In this document: positions 36,606 through 43,123 of the stretch, piece after piece
How positions within the stretch are numbered: position 1 is the first letter of the stretch
How the letters are laid out: every line of letters begins with the position of its first letter
From: Candidatus Zhuqueibacterota bacterium 4484_87
GTDB lineage: Bacteria; Zhuqueibacterota; Zhuqueibacteria; Thermofontimicrobiales; Thermofontimicrobiaceae
NCBI GenBank assembly: GCA_002085355.1
Contig: NATN01000001.1
Span: 9,628-52,750 of the forward strand
Direction: 5' to 3'
DNA: 43,123 nt
Made by a program: the position numbers and the translations under genes
Notes under the pieces: model-generated
Told to the model about the DNA's origin: nothing
What the model saw: the letters and a program-made list of their open reading frames with translations, nothing else
Database searches by the model: none

Positions 36606-39038
36606 TCAATTGTCTCCTTCGTTCAAAACCCTTACTCTTGAACCATCTTTTAAACTTTGCTGTCCAACGACTACGATTTGTTCTCCTTCTTCAAGCCCGG
36701 ATTTTACGACGGAAACCGTGCCATTGGTGTAGCTAATTTCTAATTTGCGCAAGTGAGCCACGCTATCCTGCACAACAAACACGTGGGAATTTACCACCGT
36801 CATATCTTCGCCATTGACGCGCTGCAATTCAGTTTTTTCAATCACTGCAAATTTAGGAATCGCGATGACATCTTTCAGCGTCTGAATGGAAATCTGCACT
36901 TCAGCGAACATGCCGGGTTTCAACTTTTTATCTTTGTTGTCCACGAGAATCTCAATCTTTCCCATGCGCGTCAGCGGGTCGAGAACCGGGCTAATTTTGA
37001 TAATTTTTCCCCAAAAAGTCTCGTCCGGATAGCTGCGAACTTTGACGACGCCGGATTGCCCGATTTTCAATTGGCCAAAATCTTGCTCAGGTGCTTTCAC
37101 AATCACCTTCACTCGATTCATCTGAACAACGGTTACAATGGGCATGGGACCCGTTGCCATGTCGCCCGCTTCATAATTGCGCGTACCAATAATGCCGGAA
37201 ATGGGCGCTGTAATGATTGCGTCTTTTAATTGACTTTCTGCCTGTATGAGCGCCGCTTCTGCCTGTTCAACCAAAGCTTTTGTCGCTTCAAATTGAGTTT
37301 TTGCTGCGTCGAATTGTTGTTCGCTGATTGCATTTTCCGCTTTTAATCTTTTGGCGCGCTCAAATTCAGCTTTCATATTAGCGAATTGCGCCCGTGCGCT
37401 TGCCAGACCAGCTTTTGCCTGAACTACGGCCTGTTCAATTTTTGTCGCTTCAATTTTCGCAATCACATCGCCTTTTCTTACATAGTCGCCTTCATCAACT
37501 TCAAATTTGACGATGCGATCAGGAATCTTGGAGAACACTTTCACTTCTATTTCCGCCTGAATGTCGCCGGTGTAAGTAACTTCTCTGGAAACATCTTTGC
37601 GAACTACCGGCATTGTTTGCACCGGAATGATCAGCGCATCTTCGTTCGATTTTGCTTTTTTGCCACAGCCTGTCAGTAAAAGTGAGTTCACATAATTCAT
37701 TCTCGCCTGCGTCAGAGCTAATTGAGAATTTAGTACGTCCAATTGTGTGTTTATTCCTTCTTTGTACATCATATTCGCCAAACGCAAAGCTTCTTTTGCC
37801 AGATCCACGGTCTTGACCGCAGACTGATATTTTTCCCTGGCTTCCTGCAGTTTATTGTACGCCACTTCAACTTCTGCAGCGATGCCGTCGCTGGCTTGTT
37901 TTTCAGTGTCCAACATGATGTGATAATCCAGCCGAGATTTCTGATATTGCGCTGCTGATTGGAAACCGTGGAACAGAGGAATTTGCAAACTGATCGCAGA
38001 TGTGAAACCTTTGCTGGCATTTTTATGGCTGAATTTGTAATTATTTCTCATGTCCATGAATGAATAGTCAGTTTGAAAAAATATTTTTGGGAGAAAATTA
38101 CTTCGGGCAATGGCAACTGTTTTACGCATTATCCGCTTTTGATCCTGGATCGCCAGAAACATCGGTCTTTTTTCCATGGCTAATTTCTGCAACTCTTCCA
38201 GGGGCATGTTGCAAAATTCATCTTCCACATATTTGAACTCGCCTTCCACATCGATGACAGCATCTCTTTCCAGACCGAGAATTGTCTTGAGCATGGTCAG
38301 CGCAGATCGATAGTTGTTTCTGGCAGCGATCACCGCTGGTCTCAAATTCGCGACATCCACCTCGGCGCGCATTTTGTCAAAACCGGATGCAGCGCCTGAT
38401 TCATATTTTTTTCTGACATTTTCGAAATTCGCTTCTGCCTGAGCCAATGCTTCTTCCTGAACTTTGACAAGTTCTTTCGTCAACAAGCATCCGTAAAATG
38501 CATTGGTTGTGTTGTAAATCAAGTCCTGTTTTTTCTCCATGAGATTCTTTTTTGCCGCCGATTTCGCAGCATTGGCAATTTGAATTCCGGAAATTCCAGC
38601 GCCTCCCAAGAATAATGGTTGTGTCAATGTGGCGCCATAACGGAGCGTATTTTCCAACCCAAAAGACATGCGCACATAATCAGGCATGTCTTCCAGCCCC
38701 GGAATGTACGGGCCCAGCGGCGCTAACATCGGTTTCAAAAAGTTGGGTATGGTTTGTTCCTGGATGCTCCAGGCATGTTGGAAATTGATCGAGCCGTCCA
38801 ATTTAGGCAAAATGTTCGACCAAGCTTCCACAACACCGGTTTTAGCTTTTGCGACTTCTTTTTCCGCCATTTGAATTGCCGGATTTTTCTGCAATGCCAG
38901 TTCCACGCTTCGGTCAAGAGTGAGCGTCACCTTTTTTTGCGAGAACCCAGTTAACGGCGAAAATAACAGCAGAAAAAATAAAATCAACTGTAATGTCCGC
39001 AGAATTTCTGTTGTTAAATTTTTCATATTTTCCCTCAC
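36606..39038 (-). CDS. Single ORF fusing a TolC-like outer-membrane factor (aa 1 to about 452) to an RND periplasmic adaptor/membrane-fusion protein (aa about 458-810)
   Basis: The N-terminal half is OMF-like: signal peptide, LTLDRSVELALQKNPAIQMAEKEV, and two repeat halves ending DVLNSQLALTQARMNYVNS. The sequence continues directly into LLLTGCGKKAKSNED (the tail of a lipoprotein signal peptide plus lipobox Cys, codon 37665-37667). An MFP follows (lipoyl-like VKFEVDEGDYVRKGDVIAKIE, coiled-coil hairpin, ITAPISGIIG, beta-barrel domains). No stop codon separates the two halves. Confidence 0.8.
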   Translation of the reverse strand: MRENMKNLTTEILRTLQLILFFLLLFSPLTGFSQKKVTLTLDRSVELALQKNPAIQMAEKEVAKAKTGVVEAWSNILPKLDGSINFQHAWSIQEQTIPNFLKPMLAPLGPYIPGLEDMPDYVRMSFGLENTLRYGATLTQPLFLGGAGISGIQIANAAKSAAKKNLMEKKQDLIYNTTNAFYGCLLTKELVKVQEEALAQAEANFENVRKKYESGAASGFDKMRAEVDVANLRPAVIAARNNYRSALTMLKTILGLERDAVIDVEGEFKYVEDEFCNMPLEELQKLAMEKRPMFLAIQDQKRIMRKTVAIARSNFLPKIFFQTDYSFMDMRNNYKFSHKNASKGFTSAISLQIPLFHGFQSAAQYQKSRLDYHIMLDTEKQASDGIAAEVEVAYNKLQEAREKYQSAVKTVDLAKEALRLANMMYKEGINTQLDVLNSQLALTQARMNYVNSLLLTGCGKKAKSNEDALIIPVQTMPVVRKDVSREVTYTGDIQAEIEVKVFSKIPDRIVKFEVDEGDYVRKGDVIAKIEATKIEQAVVQAKAGLASARAQFANMKAEFERAKRLKAENAISEQQFDAAKTQFEATKALVEQAEAALIQAESQLKDAIITAPISGIIGTRNYEAGDMATGPMPIVTVVQMNRVKVIVKAPEQDFGQLKIGQSGVVKVRSYPDETFWGKIIKISPVLDPLTRMGKIEILVDNKDKKLKPGMFAEVQISIQTLKDVIAIPKFAVIEKTELQRVNGEDMTVVNSHVFVVQDSVAHLRKLEISYTNGTVSVVKSGLEEGEQIVVVGQQSLKDGSRVRVLNEGDN

Positions 39039-39640
39039 TCATTCAATCCTTTGAATAAAAGTTCAACAATCTCTTCGGCTAATTTATCAGTTAAAATTTT
39101 TCGTTTCGATTTGATTTGCAAGCTAATGAAATGGCCTGTAACAGCGACAAACATTTCTGCTGCCAAATCAGGATTTGCCCCTGCGCCAAATTCACCGGAT
39201 GAAATGCCTTCCTTAAAAATGTTCAGCAATAATTTTTTGTGTGCGCGCACATGTTTTTTGAAATCTTCGACAAATGGCGTATGTTCTGATGTTAAAAAAA
39301 TCATCAGGAAAAATTTGGAAAATTCGGAATGTTCATAACTGATGCGAAATTGCTGCTGCATTATTTTCACTAATTTCATTTTTGCTGAAATATCTGTCTC
39401 GGCAATTTTTCGGGAAAATGCTACGCCGTATTCCATCCCGGTTTCCAATAATTCTCGGAAAATTCCCTCCTTGCTGCCAAAATAATAATAAATTGTCGGC
39501 TTTGACACATTCGATAGTTCAGAAATTTCGCGCATGGAAACGCCATTGTAGCCTTTCTCCGCGAACAGACGAGCTGCCGTCAAAAATATCTGAAGCTTGG
39601 TATCGTTTTCGCCTTTTAATTTTTTCTGAAAATTTTCCAT
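39035..39640 (-). CDS. TetR/AcrR-family transcriptional regulator
   Basis: The 201-aa product has an N-terminal HTH (IFLTAARLFAEKGYNGVSMREISELSNVSKPTIYYYFGSKEGIF). It is the first gene of the efflux operon, with a 4-nt overlap with the next ORF. Confidence 0.9.
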   Translation of the reverse strand: MENFQKKLKGENDTKLQIFLTAARLFAEKGYNGVSMREISELSNVSKPTIYYYFGSKEGIFRELLETGMEYGVAFSRKIAETDISAKMKLVKIMQQQFRISYEHSEFSKFFLMIFLTSEHTPFVEDFKKHVRAHKKLLLNIFKEGISSGEFGAGANPDLAAEMFVAVTGHFISLQIKSKRKILTDKLAEEIVELLFKGLNE

Positions 39641-39653
39641 TCTGCTCCCTTGC

Positions 39654-39667
39654 TGACCGTTCGGTCA
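39654..39667. promoter_or_regulatory. Perfect palindrome TGACCGTTCGGTCA immediately upstream of the tetR RBS (candidate operator)
   Basis: A 6-bp inverted repeat with a 2-bp centre lies 14-27 nt upstream of the tetR ATG (39640) and is followed by AGGGAG. Confidence 0.4.
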
Positions 39668-39726
39668 AAAGCTGATTTGTGAAATTGTACCAATTACGTC
39701 TTTTAAATTAAATAGTTTCAAAAAAA

Positions 39727-39758
39727 TTACCTATACTTACCGGTAGGTAAGTTGCCAA
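39727..39758 (-). promoter_or_regulatory. Nested palindromes inside a candidate sigma70 promoter spacer (second candidate operator)
   Basis: TTACCTAtacttaccggTAGGTAA contains nested CTTACCggtaGGTAAG (39727-39752). On the minus strand, TTGGCA (39758-39753), a 17-nt spacer, then TATAGG (39735-39730) places the palindrome in the -35/-10 spacer. Confidence 0.35.
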
Positions 39759-39843
39759 TTTCATCTTACGAGACGATGGATTAGAAGTTCCGTTTAAATT
39801 GTGCAAATTGTTGGAAATTATTTCCTGCGGGGAAAATGGGGAT

Positions 39844-39875
39844 AAAAAAACCAGCCACGTTTTGAATGTGGCTGG
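39844..39875 (-). terminator. Intrinsic terminator downstream of rhaA
   Basis: The stem ccagccac (39851-39858) / gtggctgg (39868-39875) has a 9-nt loop. On the minus strand it is followed by TTTTTTTTATC. Confidence 0.6.
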
Positions 39876-39929
39876 TATGAAAAATTTCAAGAAAACCTGT
39901 TTTGTAAAATCCGAAGAAAAATCCAGCGT

Positions 39930-41195
39930 TTAATTTCTTTTGGAAAGAACGTCTTTTTCGTAGTTGTGAATTTCATCAATTAATGAAGTACCAACGGGCA
40001 TATTGTTTTTCATGCAATAATAATCCCAAACTGCACCGAAAGGCATAGTTTTCAATTCTTCAAATAGAGCCAATCGCTCGAAAAAGTCGCCTTTTTCCTC
40101 AGCAGATTTCAACATGTCCCGAGGTTCAAGCAGTGCCAGAAGGAGCGCTTTCAGCGTGGCGCGCGTTCCCAAGACCCAGGCGCCGACACGGTTGAGCGTA
40201 GCGTCAAAGAAGTCGAGTGCGATGTGCACACGATCGAGGCTGTCAGCGCGTACAATTTCCTCTGCCACAGCTTTGACGTCGTCGTTGAGAATGACAGTGT
40301 GGTCGCTGTCCCAGCGGACACCACGGCTGACGTGGAGGAGCAACTCATCCACGAATAGTAAAGTCGAAGAAATTTTGTCAGCTATTGATTCCGTTGGGTG
40401 GAAATGACCTAAGTCAAAGCAGACGATTTTTTTGTTTTTCACAGCATACGAGAGATAAAATTCATGCGAACCCACAACAAACGATTCGCTGCCAATGCCG
40501 AAAAGCTTACTTTCCAGCGCGTCTTTCATCTCAAAAGCAGGAAAAGATTTTCGAAAAATTGTATCCAGCGATTCTTTGAGCAGTTTGCGATGTGTCAGGC
40601 GATCTGCCGGAATATCTTTCATGCCATCGGGAATCCAGATATTGTTGATGGCCGGGCTGCCAAGCTCTTTTCCCATGAAAGCAGCAATCTCCCGAGTGCG
40701 CTGGACATGTTCAATCCAGAAATCGCGAATACCTTTGTCTTTGCTGCTCAGCGTAAAACCATCGTTTGCTTTAGGATGCGAAAAACACGTGGGATTGAAA
40801 TCCAGTTTAATCCCCAGACTATTAGCCCAGTCAATCCAGCCTTTAAAATGATCAGGAGAAATTTCATCTCTATCCACGAATTTACCGCCGAATTCACCGT
40901 AGATTGCGTGCAGATTGAACCGATGTTTACCGGGAATGAGTGAGAAAGCCTTTTCCGCATCCTGTCGCAATTCAGCTACAGTGCGTGCTCTGCCCGGATA
41001 GTTGCCCGTCACCTGAATTCCGCCGCCTGAAAGTTCAGCGTCAGGAGTTTCAAAACCGGCAACATCGTCGCCCTGCCAGCAATGCAAAGAAATGCTGACT
41101 TTTTCAAGTTGCTCGAGAACTTTGTTTGTATCGATATCTAACTGAGCATATTTGTCTTTGGCTATTTCATAACTGCGCTCAATTTTTTTCTCCAT
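39930..41195 (-). CDS. rhaA: L-rhamnose isomerase
   Basis: The 421-aa product is collinear with E. coli RhaA. Matching blocks include SLHCWQGDDVAGFE, GGIQVTGNYPG.AR, NLHAIY, LDFNPTCFSHP, NIWIPDGMKD, ESKLFGIGSES, GHFHPTE, LLHVSRGVRWDSDH, LDFFDA..NR..AWV.GTRA..KALL.ALLEP. Confidence 0.95.
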   Translation of the reverse strand: MEKKIERSYEIAKDKYAQLDIDTNKVLEQLEKVSISLHCWQGDDVAGFETPDAELSGGGIQVTGNYPGRARTVAELRQDAEKAFSLIPGKHRFNLHAIYGEFGGKFVDRDEISPDHFKGWIDWANSLGIKLDFNPTCFSHPKANDGFTLSSKDKGIRDFWIEHVQRTREIAAFMGKELGSPAINNIWIPDGMKDIPADRLTHRKLLKESLDTIFRKSFPAFEMKDALESKLFGIGSESFVVGSHEFYLSYAVKNKKIVCFDLGHFHPTESIADKISSTLLFVDELLLHVSRGVRWDSDHTVILNDDVKAVAEEIVRADSLDRVHIALDFFDATLNRVGAWVLGTRATLKALLLALLEPRDMLKSAEEKGDFFERLALFEELKTMPFGAVWDYYCMKNNMPVGTSLIDEIHNYEKDVLSKRN

Positions 41196-41228
41196 GATTC
41201 GTCTCCTTGTTTTTCCGGATGCTCTATT

Positions 41229-41738
41229 TTACCATTTTTCGAAATGCACTTTTTTGGGATCAAAACGATTTGCCGGCGGTTTTTTTTCGTCGGGATGGCC
41301 GATGGCAACAACACCCATGGGCATGATGTGTTCTGGCAGATTCAGTAATCTTTTCAATTTTTCCACCCGATGCAAACGGGGAAAGATTCCCAGCCAAACA
41401 GCACCCAGTCCGAAAGAATGCGCTGCTAACAAAATATTTTCCATCGCTGCAGCAGCATCCTGAATACCGTAGCCGTCAGCAAGTTCGCTGTTTTTGTCCC
41501 AACAAACCGCGATCGCAGCAGCGGCTTGAATCAGCATTGTGGAATGGGGGTGAAATTCAGGGATTTTGTCCATGATATTGTGATCTGTCAAAACGACAAA
41601 ATGCCACGGTTGCCGATTCCCAGCCGATGGCGCTGCCATAGCCGCGCGTAATAACTCGTCGATGATCTCCTTTGAAACCGGTTGATCTTTAAATTGACGG
41701 ATGCTGCGTCGGGTCAGGATGGCTTCCATTAAATCCAT
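41229..41738 (-). CDS. Nitroreductase-family (FMN-dependent) protein
   Basis: The 169-aa product shows RRSIRQF, APSAGNRQPWHFVV and a GLGAVWLG-type core. Confidence 0.8.
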   Translation of the reverse strand: MDLMEAILTRRSIRQFKDQPVSKEIIDELLRAAMAAPSAGNRQPWHFVVLTDHNIMDKIPEFHPHSTMLIQAAAAIAVCWDKNSELADGYGIQDAAAAMENILLAAHSFGLGAVWLGIFPRLHRVEKLKRLLNLPEHIMPMGVVAIGHPDEKKPPANRFDPKKVHFEKW

Positions 41739-41850
41739 AAATTCGCCCTCATCTTTTTATTTATAATACTGGATTTTTTATTTAATTTCAAGAAGATAAT
41801 TTCAATATGCAAAAATAAACAAGATTGTTTTTAGCTCGTCAAAAAACAAA

Positions 41851-42990
41851 TCAATAATCACACCAGCGGAAGTATTCGTCCCACATTGCCATGTAATTGT
41901 CGTAGTTGCTACCTACGGCGACAGAATGGCTGATGCCCAAAATGAATCTTCCACCGGACTTGGCGCATTTCATGGAACGGCGGACGTCGTTGCGAACGTC
42001 TTCGGGTGTGCCGCTTTGAATATTTTCCAGATTCACGCCGCCCCAAAGCGTGATTTTGTCGCCGTAGCTTTGCTTGAGCTCGCAAATGTCCATGCCAGCC
42101 GAGGCTTGAATCGACTGGTAAGCGTCGTAGCCGATTTCAATGAACATGTCCATTAACGGCATCACATTGCCGCAACAGTGCTTGAGAATTTTGATGCCAA
42201 AATTGTCGTGCAGGTTTTTGGCCCGGGCTTTATTTGGTTCAAGAAAAAAGTCTCGAAACATTTTGGGGCTAATGAGAGGCCCGGATTGAAAACCAAAATC
42301 TGCACCCCAGAGAATTCCGTCAGCATCGGGATGAATGTAATATTTGTCCGCGGCATTCTGTTGTTTGACCAGATAGTCAGCCGCCGCTTTGACGACATCC
42401 GGGTTTTCCATCAATTCCATTAATCCGCGTTCCATGCCTCCGAGCATAACAATGCCCACTTCGCCGCTGTCCGGGCTGCAGATGAATTTTTTATCTTTGA
42501 ATTTTTCAATCACGCGCTCCACAATACCCCAGGAACGCGAATCAGGTCGGGGGATCTCAGGCTCGCGTTCAAATTCCTCGCGCGTGAAAATTTTCTGTTC
42601 CATTACTGGATCTTTAATGCAAGTGATGTCTGCTGTGATGGGTGAGTATTTGTAGATTCTGCCGTATTTATCCTCCCAGGTGTTGTCGTCTATTCTTTTG
42701 GGCGGCGGATCGTTAATTTCCGGCGGAATGTACCAGGTCGCCATGGGGAAAGTGATGATGTCCAGTTCCAATTTTTCGTGCAATTCGATGTGGTCGCGCT
42801 CGTAACTTTCTGCCACTTCGTCATGTCTGCCTTCCCAGAAAGCGATCTGGGATTTGGCTTTGGCGCGCAAATAGGTCTCGTGCCCCAATATTTTTTCCAC
42901 AGTGTCAAAGTCAACAGCGAATTCCGCGATAGGGACGCGGTCCGGAATTTCGCCGTTCAAAGTTGCCAATACGCGTTGTTTTGAGGTCAT
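41851..42990 (-). CDS. Uroporphyrinogen decarboxylase (URO-D) family protein, MtaA/CmuA-like methyltransferase or decarboxylase paralog
   Basis: The 379-aa product has the N-terminus SKQRVLATLNGEIPDRVPIAEF, typical of URO-D-like proteins, and a TIM-barrel-like length. It has no neighbouring heme-synthesis genes. Confidence 0.6.
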   Translation of the reverse strand: MTSKQRVLATLNGEIPDRVPIAEFAVDFDTVEKILGHETYLRAKAKSQIAFWEGRHDEVAESYERDHIELHEKLELDIITFPMATWYIPPEINDPPPKRIDDNTWEDKYGRIYKYSPITADITCIKDPVMEQKIFTREEFEREPEIPRPDSRSWGIVERVIEKFKDKKFICSPDSGEVGIVMLGGMERGLMELMENPDVVKAAADYLVKQQNAADKYYIHPDADGILWGADFGFQSGPLISPKMFRDFFLEPNKARAKNLHDNFGIKILKHCCGNVMPLMDMFIEIGYDAYQSIQASAGMDICELKQSYGDKITLWGGVNLENIQSGTPEDVRNDVRRSMKCAKSGGRFILGISHSVAVGSNYDNYMAMWDEYFRWCDY

Positions 42991-43123
42991 TTTTTATTTC
43001 CTAATTTTTTTGAGCCCAAAAGCCTTTTGAAACCACAAAGGTCTCAAAGTAGGCGCAAAGGGCACAAAGAATATCTCATTGAAAATAAATAAGTTAAACT
43101 CATAGGAATTCTTCGTGATTTTC

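Overview
Densely coding, AT-leaning (about 40% GC by eye) bacterial chromosomal window. I saw no rRNA, tRNA, CRISPR array, transposase or integrase. Shine-Dalgarno sites are used. The gene content (mevalonate pathway, ExbBD/TPR cluster) suggests an FCB-group or candidate-phylum anaerobe, but the lineage cannot be fixed from this window. Left to right: (1) cytochrome c maturation genes, ccmF (runs off the left edge) and a Cys-type (CxxxY) ccmE. (2) A seryl-tRNA synthetase gene broken by an internal deletion plus frameshift. (3) Surface-polysaccharide genes in two blocks: 3.2-7.5 kb (initiating phosphotransferase, UDP-HexNAc 6-dehydrogenase, dTDP-glucose 4,6-dehydratase) and 15.9-20.5 kb (GT2, DegT aminotransferase, Gfo/Idh/MocA oxidoreductase, GT4). 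(4) An NhaC-type antiporter. (5) A classical mevalonate operon (mvaD, phosphomevalonate kinase) ending in a single 745-aa ORF that fuses class II HMG-CoA reductase to mevalonate kinase. (6) A markedly AT-richer islet encoding two predicted lipoproteins, a D-glucuronyl C5-epimerase-like protein and a CE4 deacetylase-like protein. (7) An eight-gene minus-strand operon at 20.8-29.7 kb: OM beta-barrel, two secreted TPR proteins, a small membrane protein, ExbB/TolQ, two ExbD/TolR, and an FHA-like/TM/AgmX-PglI-type TonB_C protein. Its architecture resembles the core of the Myxococcus Agl-Glt/Nfs surface motor rather than a canonical Ton or Tol-Pal system, and it is the most interesting candidate system here. 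(8) A divergent ECF sigma / HEAT-repeat anti-sigma / DUF4097 repeat-protein trio. (9) A TetR-regulated RND efflux operon in which the TolC-like outer-membrane factor and the periplasmic adaptor form one 810-aa ORF with a relic lipobox at the junction. (10) rhaA, a nitroreductase and a URO-D-family gene. Non-coding oddities include inverted arrays of 7-bp periodic repeats at 6.29-6.47 kb.
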